From assembly GCA_001662655.1 (NCBI GenBank), contig KV460280.1: DNA of 64,000 nucleotides. The stretch is one strand, 5' to 3'. Positions 1 to 12,620 of this stretch are shown here, piece after piece. Under the pieces are notes generated by a model. That model saw only the letters and a program-made list of their open reading frames with translations, was not told the DNA's origin and ran no database searches. This DNA comes from Pseudogymnoascus verrucosus (lineage: Eukaryota). Within the stretch, counting starts at the first letter, position 1; each line of letters opens with the position of its first letter. The position numbers and the translations under genes are program-made.

Positions 1-4
1 TACT

Positions 5-52
5 CGCCGAATACTTCAAATTTACGCCGAATACTGCTCATCGCCGAATACT
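5..52. repeat. Three copies of CGCCGAATACT at the window edge, possibly subterminal repeats of a DNA transposon
   Basis: Exact 11-mer at 5-15, 25-35 and 42-52. The left context is outside the window. Confidence 0.45.
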
Positions 53-649
53 ATTCGAAAATCACAAATCCTCATACTATTTTGGGGAACACTGGGAAGA
101 ATTATTTGGTCCAGGTGACGACCGGAAACGGGCTGGGTTTGGTAGTGTTGGTATATGATATGGGATGGAGTTCTGTGGTTGATGGGCGGAGTGGAGTTTA
201 CAATTGGGTATATGTAGAATACCCGCTAGACGAGTTTGACGGCCTTTGGTTTATTTTGCTTGGATATTATTATTATAAAAGCAATGCCTGGTGTTTTCAA
301 ATAGTGCTACATTCATTGTTGGAGAGAGCGAAAAACATATTTGAGGTTCATGGTTCCATTTCCATTTATCCCGAGTCTAATGATATCCATATGCCATGTC
401 CCACATCCAATATAATTCCCTGGACAAATATACATCTCATCATGTGTCGAGGATATATCTGAAAGGGAGGAGACGGACCATTTAGCCAGACCCCGAACCA
501 TGCAACCGCATCATCCAGACGCCATTCCCGCAGTATATACGAGCTATCAGACCCTTAACCTCGCAATAGCAGCATCCAGACGCCATTCCTGCAGTATAAG
601 AAACCCAACCTGCACTGTTCTTGGGGTATCAAAAGCGCAAATCCCATCC

Positions 650-2014
650 TCAGTCACTCTCATCGTCATCGCTGTCACTGCTTTCGCTGCTGCTGCTGCC
701 ATCCGAGCCATCTGAATCCGAGGAGTCTTCAGAACTTGATCCAGACGAGCTGCTTGAGCTGTCAGAATCCGAGTCCGATTTCTTGACATTCTTAGATGGG
801 CCTTCGCCATCACTCTCCTCCTCCGACGTGCTGCTGTCTGAGTCCGAGTCTGAGTCTGAAGATGACGAGCTGTCGCTTTCGTACACCGCCGTTCTCTGCT
901 TCCTCTTCCTCACTGTCTTTTGTGGTTTCTCCGCGTCAAGCTTCACTGGTGCTGCCCTGGTCTCCTCTACTGGCTTCGTGTTGGCCACCGCAGGCGCGTA
1001 GTCAGATGGGTCACCAGGTGTGCTCGCCAGTAAATTCAGAACGTGCTCAGCTCTCATCCTCTTTGTCATCCGCTCCTTCATCGCCGTGTCGTTGAGACCG
1101 AGTAGGATGCCTTCTTCCAGGCCGGTCCTCGATGAAATGGCCGTGGAGGTCATGGTCGCAACGTACTCCTCCATCGCTGTCTCATATTCCTCCTGCTTCT
1201 TCGCCCGTTGGTCGTCTGTCATCTTATCGGTGAAGCCTTTTCCGCCTTCCTCCACGTCTTTGTCTCTGATTTCCAGTGCGCGATCTCTCAGATGCACACG
1301 CGCAACGCCCTTCAATCCGGCGATGTATGCGTAGAGTGGCTCGTTGTATTCGGTGGGGATCAGGTCGGTGTCGAAGGCGTTCTTCAGGACTGCGATCTGA
1401 TTGATCTTATTGAACTTCCAGTTTGACTTGTCACTGTGGAACTGGGTCAAGTAGGTGAGTGCCGGATCGATGGGCTTCGACTTCACCACCTTGGACTTGG
1501 ACTTCTTTGCCTTTGTCTTGTCTTCTGGTTTGGTGGACTTCACTCGCTTCACTCGTCGCTCGGGCTCAGGTAATGTGGTATCGACCTTCTCTTGGACGGT
1601 GGTTGGCTCGGGGGTTTGAAATGATGGCTGGTCGTTCTTGCTGGCAAAGGTAGGGTCGATTTCCTTCTGCTGAGCAACCCAAGAGTTGAATAGCTGTTTT
1701 ATGCTGTCACCGTCCTCGGTTTTCGTCTCTGGCGTGAACGCAACCGACTTGCGCCGGCCTAGCATACCATCGGGCACGGCTGTTGGGGTTGAAGATATAG
1801 TAGACTCGGCCTTTTTGAGCGACTTTTTGGACTTTTTGATAGGTGTAGATTCGGCTTCATCGGATGCGCGCTTTCTCTTTGGCTGTTCCGCAGCCACGTA
1901 TTCTGTGGGCGCTGCTGCAGCGACTGGTGAAGGTGCATCGCCCTCAGATTTGAGCTTGAGCCCCAGGCGTTTCCATGCAGGGATACGCGGGGATGAAGTT
2001 GAGGAGGCGGACAT
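650..2014 (-). CDS. WKF-domain (DUF2373/C7orf50-like) protein
   Basis: Single long ORF from ATG 2014 (MSASSTSSPRIPAWKRLGLKLK), motif SNWKFNKINQ, Lys-rich N-half and Ser/Asp-rich tail. Confidence 0.8.
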   Translation of the reverse strand: MSASSTSSPRIPAWKRLGLKLKSEGDAPSPVAAAAPTEYVAAEQPKRKRASDEAESTPIKKSKKSLKKAESTISSTPTAVPDGMLGRRKSVAFTPETKTEDGDSIKQLFNSWVAQQKEIDPTFASKNDQPSFQTPEPTTVQEKVDTTLPEPERRVKRVKSTKPEDKTKAKKSKSKVVKSKPIDPALTYLTQFHSDKSNWKFNKINQIAVLKNAFDTDLIPTEYNEPLYAYIAGLKGVARVHLRDRALEIRDKDVEEGGKGFTDKMTDDQRAKKQEEYETAMEEYVATMTSTAISSRTGLEEGILLGLNDTAMKERMTKRMRAEHVLNLLASTPGDPSDYAPAVANTKPVEETRAAPVKLDAEKPQKTVRKRKQRTAVYESDSSSSSDSDSDSDSSTSEEESDGEGPSKNVKKSDSDSDSSSSSSGSSSEDSSDSDGSDGSSSSESSDSDDDESD

Positions 2015-2353
2015 TGTCGGTAGTATAATTGCTGGTGTAGTATGCGCAAAGAATTTCAATCGTTCATAACCCAATCAGTCAGCCTATGTTGGGCTTTGAA
2101 AAAATATACGACGAGGCAACTCAGATGAATTTCGTCAACTTTTTTCGTTATCGGGCTGCAGCCTCGCTTCGCGCGGCCGCGAGCTTTGGCGCTAACAAGT
2201 CGTCAGTGCTTCCAGGCACCGCGTGTTGACGTCTCACCCCAGCTATCAACCTTGAATGCCACTCTTCAACCATCCACGAGTGAATTCAAGCTTAACAATC
2301 TCGAAGAACGTATAATCACCATACAGCTATTCAACCCAGTTTAAGACGTCAAG

Positions 2354-3410
2354 ATGTCCAGTATGTTGAGCCAACGCGGAGCTCCAGATAGCCTTGGATT
2401 GGCACGGCTGACCACTTCAATGAACAGACAGCGCCGCCTATGACAGGCACATCACCATCTTTTCTGACCAAGGACGGCTGTATCAAGTTGGTAAGCTACA
2501 TCTGTTTATTATCATCAGAAGGAGCGCTTCGAAGCCGACCACAATCGACCGAAAGAAGCTCCGTGGTTCCAGAGAGTATAGCTAATCAGCTTCACCAAAC
2601 AGAATATGCCTTCAAAGCTGTCACCGCGGCAAATATCATGTCGATCGGCATCAGGGGGAAGGACTGCGCCGTAGTATTATCACAAAAGAAAGTTCCCGTA
2701 CGTTCATCACTCCCGATCACTCGATACTCAGCTTACACAATGTGCAGGACAAGCTCATCGATCCCTCTTCCGTCTCCCATATCTTCAAGCTCTCCCCATC
2801 CGTAGGATGTGTCATGACCGGTTCGATCGCAGATTCGAGGGCGTGGGTGACGAGAGCTCGTGGTGAAGCTGCTGAGTTCAGATACAAGTATGGATACGAG
2901 ATGCCGTGCGACGTATTGGCCAAGAGGTTGGCGAACATATCCCAGGTGTATACTCAGCGCGTAAGTTACAATATCTCCGAATCGCCGGTTCAGCATGCTA
3001 CGCCGGATACTTACAATTCGTAGGCCTACATGCGTCCATATGGTGTCTCAACCACCCTCGTATCCCTTGACTTCGAAAACGGCCCTCAGCTCTACAAGTG
3101 CGACCCCGCTGGTTATTACACCGGTTACAAGGCCACGGCATCGGGCCCAAAGCAGCAGGAGGCTTTCAACCACTTGGAGAAGAAGCTCAAGAACAAGGAT
3201 AGCGCAGAGGGTACCTGGGAGGAGGTTGTCGAGCTGGCTATAACTACCCTCAGCACGGTCCTCAGCGTGGACTTTAAGAAGGGAGAGTTGGAGATCGGCA
3301 TTGCTGGCGGACCGCGTGCGGACGGAAAGGAAGGGCCCGACCCGGGTTTCAGAGCGTTGACGGAGGAAGAGATTGATGAGCGTCTGCAAGCCATTGCGGA
3401 GAAGGATTGA
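2354..3410 (+). CDS. SCL1: 20S proteasome subunit alpha-1 (alpha type-6), spliced
   Basis: Spliced N-terminus [23 protein letters not shown], then [40 protein letters not shown]. Canonical introns, stop at 3408-3410. Confidence 0.95.
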
Positions 3411-5318
3411 GGTAATTGGGACGAGCATGTGGAGTGAGGGCGTTAAGCCTTGTTGCCCAGTTTGCATTAGCGCCACGATTACAGCTATTCAAGCATCACG
3501 GTTACCCTTCAGCCAATCGTTGGTTGCTCTTGCCAGATTGGGAGGGCATGTAATATCAGAATAAGATTCGAAATCAATGAAGGCGTTGCAGGCCGTTTGC
3601 TATTGCTTCCATTTCTTTCCACTTCCAATATTAGATCCATGAACACACCCCCCCTTTTTGCATTTGAGCGCCCCCATAGAGGTGATTGGCTGCTTTGGCT
3701 TGAGACCCGACGCAAAAGGAAGGAGATCGGACTTCTCATCTGTGAAATGCTAACCCTGCTATATGATCTCCCGTTTATAGGCCCTTAGGCTCGCGAGACG
3801 TCAATACTTTGCTGCCGCGTTACACCACCCACCCAGAACACAGGCGATAGACGCGGATCTGCGCAACTTCACTGTCTCGCAGCTCTTGCTGGCCTATACC
3901 TGTCCTCCAATAAAGCCACCATCAACAAGTCATCTCCACTGACACCTGAGAAAAATTCGCCGCCACCGTTCCGCTTTTTCCGGACTGGAGGGGATTCGAG
4001 GAGGGAGACTTGAGGAGAGCCTTACACTATGGGTCGCACGCGGTCATAATCCACCTCCAAACTCCAGTCCACATCGCGCACGATCCACGCTCCCTCTCTG
4101 TCGACGACTGTCGACTAAGAAGCCAGAGATGCCATATGGACTCACAGGGCGACGGGCGCTATTGCCACTTGAGCAAAGACCAGCCTCCGAGTTCCCCACA
4201 AGGCTATGGATGGACTGTGGCTAAAATCCCCCTATCTCCGTTTTTCAGCTGTCTGGGACACATTGGCCCCAGCGCCCAAGATTCCCATTGGGCACAGGGC
4301 ACGTCTGATCATACCGCTGAGTTAAGATCGTTTCACAGGGCGATGTGCGATGTACGCCGTGCTCCGTACTGCGATGTGCTCTGTGGTAGTGGTAGCCCCT
4401 GCATCACCGCCGCAACACATGGATCATCGAAGACGAGGGGCAAACTTTGCTCTCGTGCAGGAGAATCATTGGTTGTTGTGGCGCACCATCGTGAGGCTTA
4501 GCTCTCCGACGCATGCTCCTTGACGCCACAAAGCTCGCACTTGACCCGTAACGAGAAAGTGTCGCGCGGATTAGTGACGGTTCCCCATCCACCGGCCCCT
4601 CTCTGTACGCTTCCAGCCCTTGGAAAATCTGTCTAAACCCGTCTAAACCTCCTTACGGCCTCTGAGCCCTGTGAACCCCTGGGTGTTTCTGCGGTATCAA
4701 AACTATCAAAACCCACTCCATCGGATACTTGCTCCATACCGCTGCATACCGGTGCATACCCGCCAAGTCGGACTCTCAGAATATCTTCCAATACCCAACA
4801 ATGCCCTATGCTATCTATGCGGTGTGGTTGCAGATCTCGCTGATGACAAACTTATGTGGTCCACACTTTACAGCTCGGTAGGGTTCACGGAGAATATGAG
4901 CTCCCTAACGGAACGTCCGCCAACTTTGCCTCTCTGCAACTGCACAAGTGCATCGCCCTATGGATGTTAGTGCTATGCAGAATCGCGATATCATGGAGCC
5001 GTTGACTGTGCATCCGACAGCCAGCCACAGAACACGAATATGGGGATACGGCATGTCGTGGGTAATTTCAATTCCAATCATACCATATCAGGATACGTCG
5101 CCGACGAGGGCCGATGATATATATCCAGCTTGGACCGCGGATCCATTCTTTCCCAATGCTGTCAGGCTATTAACCAGTCGAAAAGTTAATTCTCTTTGTT
5201 GTATTCTTTTGCTCACATTCATTACCTTGCCCAATTAATATTTGACTCTCATACTCACTCACTCTCGTTGTTGCTATTACCGGTATATCCGTTGACGGAT
5301 ATATTTTTTATCGCCCCA

Positions 5319-6118
5319 ATGGCAGACGGATGTGAGTATCCCACAATTTTCTTAAGCTCCCACCCGTTTCCCGCCACCCTTATCGCCTTCTTGTCAACTT
5401 TGACAAGATGCTCATAAATTGCCACCTTGCCACCGCACGGAGCAATCGAGACTGATCCACTTGCCAGTAAATGATGCGCGGGCGACTCGAGTCGCTGACC
5501 TCCTCTCCGACTTCCGCGCCCTCCAGCACAGCATCGCCTCAGTATCCAGCGACCCTCCCCACCCGGATGACTTCTACACCGAAGGCTACGCGGCGCTACG
5601 CCAGTGCGCCGTGGACGGGCAGCATGTCCTGAACGTGGCGGCCGACACGCGCGTGCCGACCGGCAGAGGCGGCCAGGCGGAGCAGGAGAAGGCCGAGTTG
5701 ACGCAGGTGCTGCTGGATAGTTTTTCGCGGCGGCACGAGGCGCAGAAGATATGTATGAGGCAAAGCGCAGCCATGCGCTGGGTCGCATGGCGCGACGGCG
5801 TGTTACTGGGGATGAGGCCTGATCCATCACATGTGCCTGCATTGGTGTCTTGCGACCAAGCTCTGCGAGCTGTGCGTTCCTCCACCTTCCTATACCGCCC
5901 AGCTTTTCTCTTCTCCTCTGGCTTGGCACATGTCGATACAGAGGTACTACGATTGGAACAAGGACATAGCGCTGATAGAGATAATACAGGAACTCGCGAC
6001 AGTCACCGATGAGAACATATACAATTTAATGCGCAACTCGGACTACACCATGGGCCGCTGGACGGACGAGGACCCATCCTTGCGAAACGTGCAGCGCTGG
6101 CTCCGGAGTCGGCGTTGA
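5319..6118 (+). CDS. Fungal hypothetical protein, 3 exons
   Basis: ATG 5319, introns about 5332-5468 and 5872-5989 with canonical sites. Gives MADGLNDARATRVADLLSDFRALQH...WLRSRR. No recognisable domain. Confidence 0.7.
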
Positions 6119-7067
6119 GAACCTGCACGGAGACATTTATTTCACTTCACGATAGAAAACGCCTTGATGGCTTGACGGTTATAGGGATATACGAAGAGCA
6201 CCTTGTCTTCAATGTGCGCAACTTCACGATTTTGTTTACGGCATCGTTGGCTGAGCGCGATAGATAGCATGTGTATTATTGGGTGAAACCAGGGGCGAGG
6301 CCAGGCAATAGACGGGGCTGCTAGAGGGATGAGATATGAGGTTATGGACATGGACATGGATATGGGGTATGAACAAGAGGTGGCGAGGAATGTGGGAATA
6401 CATGGATGGAAACACCAACGAGAAGGCCAAGTGAGGGGACAATGATAGGACGTCCTGGAGACGTGGCTTTTATGCCCAATCCTAGGCTGGTGCCAGACGA
6501 CGCCATAGGCGTTCACGCCGCAAGCACTGTATAATGATAATATTCCCCACATTGAAAGTTTGGAGATTACGTGTGATTCTGTGACGACGGTGGCTGTTGT
6601 AGCAACTGAGGAATGTTTGTGCCAAGTACCTACTATGACTGAAAGAGAAGGAATGCCGCGGAGTTGGTTCGCCAGACATATGCAGCTGACATGACAAGCG
6701 CCTTGTCTCTTAAGTATCTCACATCTTCGCCATGGAACCGATCTATCAGTCTTTGACAGATGAGCTTAACGAACCAAATGGGCTCCGCATTATAGGCCCG
6801 AGCCGTCCGAACACGCTGCGCCGCTCCAAGCGCAAGCCAATATAAAAAAAGGGCGCAATGCGAGACATCAGGCCGCCGCCCCACCGATGTATGCCAAGTC
6901 CGAGACTACATTGTTTAAAAATCACAGGAATGAGCAGAGGTGTGTAAAATTTTACGACTGCATACGACATACGATTGACGCAGCCCCTTTGTATGGAACG
7001 TTGTGATTTCAAATGTATGAAGAGGCATCGTGTGCTAACAGAGACTAGGTTGTCCAGCCCCTGATCC

Positions 7068-7107
7068 AATGCACGATTGAATGCACGATCTAATGCACAA
7101 ATGCAGT
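7068..7107. repeat. Short degenerate tandem repeat (AATGCACGAT unit)
   Basis: aatgcacgattg aatgcacgatct aatgcaca aatgcagt. Confidence 0.6.
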
Positions 7108-7401
7108 GCACTGACTCGTCGATCTAATATTGGGCTGATGCCGAGGTTACTGTCTTCGTAGGTGACGTTACTAGGTTTTATTGACGACAGAAATACACTC
7201 TGGGTGTGGTCTCAGCTCCTCATCATTATGCAGTCATTGTAGTATAGTTATTGAGCTCTAGATAGCGGGGTGAAACCACCGAGTATTCCCTAACCAGCTG
7301 AATGGAAGACATGGTCTCCCCGAGTATTGAATCAGATTGTGCTGTCTCTACACCCAACTCGCCCAATTATCATCCCCTTTCTGTCAAATACCAAAAAGGT
7401 C

Positions 7402-10400
7402 TCATTTGACCCCGCCACCCCAAGGCACGGACAGGCACGACTCTGACCAGGCCCCATCCCAATCATTATCCTTGTAAATCTCATGTAGGGACTTGTTACG
7501 TTCGTTTCTACGGTAGAGACAATAACACCAACTAAAAGAGCCACCGTCAGCAAAATGTCCGTTCTCAATTACCAATCACCAGTGTCAAATTTGAAGTCAT
7601 GACTTACTTCTGATACGCACTGTCCGAACCGTCTCCATGCAGCGACTCAAAGAAAGTCTCGATGCCGGTCGGGGTGGGCGTGTCGTCGCTGTTGGGGTTG
7701 TCCCAGCCCGCCTTGGGGTCGTCGGACGTCTCCGGAATGCATACGGCGATGTTGAATAGGCCGCTGCTCCGGAATGCCTCTTTATAATCCTTGCCCGGCC
7801 CGAATGGGTCCCAGAAGTTCTCGTCCCGGCTGCGGTCTTCCTCGCCCATTCCGTACCGATCCCAGGAATCTATGCTAGAAATCATGATGTCGTGCGTGCT
7901 AAAGGGGTAATCGTCGCTTTCAAGCTCCTATGAGGGAAAGGGGGTCAGCTGGGAGAGAGATGACTTTGTAGTTTGGGAATACTTGGGAGGTGTTGATATG
8001 GACATGATGACAATCAAAGAGATCAAAGAGCACTTACTTTCCATCCGGGAGGATCAAAGTTGCTGGTAGCCTGGTTTAAGAGCGTCTTGTTGGGCAGGGC
8101 CGACTGGAAGTAACAACCGATGCCTCCGTAGTATATCTTTAGCTTGTCCTCGTTGTTCCCGGCTTTGACTTCAGTATTATCGACTACCAAGAAACACAAC
8201 ATATTAGCATCCCTGACTCTTCAGAACAGAGTTTGGGTACGGTGTGGGAAACAAGGTAGGAACTCACAAGTTTCTTGCGACATTGGGTAGCAGGCTAGGT
8301 AAACGACCTGCTGGCGCCAGGCGTAGTTGACGAGGTTGGCAACAGTGAGTTGGAAGAAGGCATTCTCTACATCGGTGACAGACACGCTGCCACTGACAAC
8401 CGGTATCTCTCTATAGTCCACCCAGTCACCGTCTTGGAACAAATCATGCACCTGGCGTGCACCTGGCCAACTTCCATTCCCGGCCACTATAGCAGCGTTG
8501 GCCTTGTCAAAGGTTGTCCGCGCGCCCTGAGATATTACGTCGGTCAATCTACCGGCCTTGTCAGATGTCGAGTTCATAGACCGAGGGTGGAGCATTAATG
8601 GGCGTACGACTTACTGTTGGAACGCAACTACGTGATCGCCATCATCTTGAGAGGTGCCTCCCATCTGGATCTCTGCTATGGCCTCGTATATGGCACCGCC
8701 AGTCAGGGCACCCGCGACAGCTCCCGCTCCGCCCCCAAGCGACAACATGGCCTGTAGACCAGCGGCAAGTCCATTAAGAACCAGTGTGTCGAGCAGAACG
8801 TCACCCTTGGGGACCGGCCAAAACGTCTTAGATAGCCTCCAGTCGTTAGCGGCGAATCGCGTATTTGCATTGCCGACCGCTTCCCATAGACTGTGAAAAT
8901 ACTGGTTCACGTTCACGGCCGAGATGACGGTCATGTACTTCCACGCCGTCCCAGGTTCCTGTTGGTTCTCTAAGTCCTTGCAGTTCGGCCGCGCGCATGG
9001 CGTGTCAATTTTGCATGTGGCATGGCTTTGCCCCAGGCCCAGGGGGTTTGCAAGTGCCTCGAGCCAGCCTTGGGGCGAGTCAAAATTATCCTCATACCAG
9101 TCTTCCGTAGAGGTTAGCAATCATCCGAGGCATCATTTAGGATGCATGAGCTAACTACTTACTATGAAATTCGCCCCCGGAATTCGTTTTTTTCCACATG
9201 TCTCTATTGAGCCTCGTGCCTGGTAGTTGCAAAGCAAGTTAGCAGGGAACGGGAACGGGCGATACGCAGCTACACCCGACTAAACCGGCGAGTCTCTCTT
9301 ACCTTGCGAGTCTGTTACACCTTTGATATCCCAGCATGAGGCGTCTGGTATAAGGGGTCCTTGGGTCCGGTCGACTTCTTTAATCCCGAGTCCCTCTTGC
9401 AATTGGAAGTAGGCACATCCGGCCTGGCAATTGTCGACCCCGCACCAACTGCTCCCAAACCCACAGTATCCGGAGTTAGAACAGCATGGACCACTTTCGA
9501 ATAAGTCGCACTCAAGGCCGTTGTTACCAACGCCACAAGTGCCGTCCGTTGTTGGTCCTCCTTGCTTTACGGCGCGCAGAAGTTAGTATATGATGGGCTT
9601 GAACGTGAGGTAAAGGGGACTAGGAGGATCTGTCTCACAGTGCAGGTTCCGCTTTCGCTCTGACATCCTGAGCCGCAGTGGGCGTCACTATCGCCACACC
9701 AACCCCCGCTCGAACAGCAGTTCCCAAATCCATTGCCGCACATCGTATAATCATGGTCCTTGCCACAGGTTCCATCCGTCGTAGTCGGGGGGGTGTTTCC
9801 ATTACCAGGCCCCGAGTTGAAATCGACGCTCCAAGCCATAGTCCCGCCAAAGCAATAGTCGTCGGCCCACGCTTTCTTCATGGCGAAGGTCTCGTCGTCG
9901 TCGTACCCAATCCATTGGTCGGCCCATTGAATGGACTTCATCATCTGCGGGCCGAGCAGCGTGGGTGTAATCCCCTCGGTCTGTATCGTTTGCTGAATCT
10001 CAGTGAGCGACAAGACACCCTTCTGCTTGGTGCATTTTCCCGGGTTGCTTGGCCCCGTGAAAGTGCAGCCTAGTTCCTTGCATGTAGTTGGGTTTGCCAA
10101 CGTGTATCCTCGGCCATAGTATGCTAGGCCGAAGTTGATCTTGCTAAAATCCAGCTTGTCAAAGTACAGTGGTGCAGTGTTATTCTGGATCTCGTCTATG
10201 CCGGCTTGGCCTCGAATTGTCGTGCCAATGTTTGCATTTGTGCCATCCCAAAATCCGTGCAAATCATATGTCATGAACCCGAAAAAATCGACAAATTGTT
10301 GCATCGAGAACAGATCAAACCAGCGGAGATACCAGTAGTCGGGAGCAATAGCCATACTGATCCCGTACTTTGTGCCAAACCTCTCTCTCATTTCCTTCAC

Positions 10401-11653
10401 AAGAAGGACAAAGTTGGCAGTGTCAGTCTTCTTGCCACCGCGAGTTTCATCGACAGGGTATTCCCAGTCCAAGTCGGCACCGGAAAACCCCCAGAAATCC
10501 ATGAAATCCATCAGTGAAGTAATAAATGTCTTTCTATTAGCCGCCGAGGAAACCAAATCGCTCCAGGTCGTATGCGTGGGCGCATCGGGTTCACTGAAAT
10601 CAAATCCACCAACAGCAATCCAGGTTTTAAGCGTTTTGTTCAGGGCCGTAAACTCAGGAATGATCTCCTTGTCCTTGTCCGTTACGGCAATTTCGAACGT
10701 TTCCGGATTGATCGACGCGAAGGCATAGTACAAATGCGTAAACTTTGTTGTGTCGATGTTGCGAGGCTTGATGCTGTTGCAGATCCGCCCATACGAGCCG
10801 ACAGCCTGATAGTAGGCGATGGTGCGCTTGTTGGTCGTGCCCGAACCCACGCCGCATTTTTGGGGGGCGGCGATGGCACAGGGGCCGTGGTCGGATTGGC
10901 AGGGAGCATCTGGGGTTCCGATGCAGTGGGACTCAGTTGTCTATACCCCACACGAATTTATTAGTATAAGTATCTTGCTGAGCAAACACCACTGGCTAAA
11001 CATGACGTCTAGTGGGACTTGGAGGGCAAGAGGAGGAGATAAATAATTGGAAGAAGAAAAAGATAGAAGGGATAGAAGTGGTGAGGGGAAGGCGGAAAGA
11101 GGGTAGATAGAGGAGGTGGGAGAGAAGGAGGAAAGAGAAAGATAGGATAGGGGATAGAGTAGAGGAGACAAGAGAGATGAGAGAGAGAGAAAGAACCTAC
11201 GCCACACCATCCATAGGCACTACAGCAGAGGCCCATCCCGCATTCACCATTGTTCACTGTGAGATCGCCATAAACACCACACATAGCCACGGCTTCACAG
11301 CTGCTAGTGCAGTTCCCCTCACCGCAGTAGGTGGGGCCATAACCGCATATGCCGCATTCACTACAACAGCTGGGAGTAAAAAAAAATGTTAGAAATTGTG
11401 TCTATTCTATTCGTGCCAAGGTGGCATACCTTCCGTCCGCGCATTTGGTATCTTTATCACACAGTCTTGCGCCTGGGCCAGGTGTTGGGCAGACCCTCTG
11501 ACGACTGCCAAGAGATCTATCGTTTAGCCCAAAGGCATAGTCGGGCACTGGGTTTGGAAACGCATCCTTGACTAGTCCACTATCACCGGATATGTCTGCT
11601 GAGGCGAGGTGCAAAAGGAAGGAGAGAAAGAAAAAAAGAGCTGAGCGGCCCAT
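7402..11653 (-). CDS. Secreted GH18 chitinase (subgroup C-like) with N- and C-terminal hevein/CBM18 modules and a long C-terminal domain, multi-exon
   Basis: Signal peptide [19 protein letters not shown]. Cys-rich CCSxxGxCG modules before and after the catalytic domain. GH18 motifs [26 protein letters not shown] and MAWSVD. The downstream ORFs join through GT-AG introns, in frame at the junctions checked, ending in TGA at 7402-7404. Confidence 0.85.
11021..11195. repeat. Polypurine/polypyrimidine low-complexity tract inside a chitinase intron
   Basis: About 175 bp almost entirely A/G on the + strand, within the intron at about 10941-11199. Confidence 0.8.
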
Positions 11654-11771
11654 GGTGAGTTCCATTTCAGGAATCCGATGTCTCCTAACGCCTAACGAAA
11701 TTGACTGGAGAGAACTTACTTATACCATTCTCCAGGTATGGCAGCAAAACTCACAATCCTGTAAGGCTGAC

Positions 11772-12294
11772 GAGAGAAATAGATCCGCCTCTATTTCCGT
11801 CTCACGGCCAGAGCGTTCATCTCGAGGTGAAGGAGTGCTCGAAGTCCGCTTCCCCCCAAAATCAATTACATGCCCAGTGAAGATTATCGACAATACCACC
11901 TTCCGACATGCTTAGTTTGGCCGTGCCAAGTCCCCGTGGGCTGTCTACCATAGTGCATCCGCTTTGCGCTGTCTAACGCGAATAAGCTTCCCATATGCGC
12001 CAGCAGCTACTGTTTCTGCAAGTATGATCTTGGCAGATCCATAGGAAATACTAAATCTTGCCATTGAAATGTTTGACGGCCACGTGGAAGATTGTTGCGT
12101 TCTTCCAGGCGACAATTGCCTGTCGGAAGCTGGAACTCTCTGGGCTGGGTTAAGAGCCTATTCTGGCGCGCTGGGCTCTACGCGCCCGTTCTACGCGTCG
12201 TATTAGGTAAGCTCAGAGAGCCGACGGCATACTTCGCCCCCACGACTACCATCAGCACAGTCATCCCCAGTGCATTTGTTAGCAAGTAGCATCC
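11772..12294 (+). repeat. Left copy of a diverged direct repeat (blocks 11772-11904 and 12235-12294)
   Basis: Aligns by hand to 61156-61289 (109/134 identical, first 24 bp exact) and to 61332-61394. Confidence 0.9.
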
Positions 12295-12620
12295 GCTTTG
12301 GTAATATAGCCAGGCTTACTTAGCTAGCGTTGTCATTTCTAATGCAGTCATTTTCATTATTGTCAGATTTTAGTTCTGTCAGATTTAGGATTTTCCCAAA
12401 TATTATTTGCTTTTTCGAGGTTAATATAATGGCACAAGCTAAAGTATTGTGCGAGAAGTCTCCGCGACGGACGAGTGGAGGCCTTACGGTAAATCACCGT
12501 TGGTCATCACAGTATTGGGTTTCATGCCCAAGACTCGACTAGGTTGGGATTGCGATGATGACCTTGGCTATTTCAAGGGGGTTTGTATATTGCTGACTTA
12601 ACGAACATGCCAAATGGCAA

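Noticed and set aside
621..2069. Plus-strand ORFs overlapping the WKF gene, and similar antisense ORFs across the window
   Set aside because: Shadows of real genes on the opposite strand, with no motifs of their own.
2254..2262. AATGCCACT as an Rpn4/PACE element for the proteasome gene
   Set aside because: Only a 7/9 match to TTTGCCACC.
3411..5318. Short ORFs and small tandem duplications (GTCTAAACC x2, TATCAAAA x2, CATACC x3)
   Set aside because: No domain or splice support. They look like slippage in a long intergenic region.
10458..10490. Ser in place of the first Asp of the GH18 DxxDxDxE motif as a sign of inactivation
   Set aside because: The catalytic DxDxE is intact.
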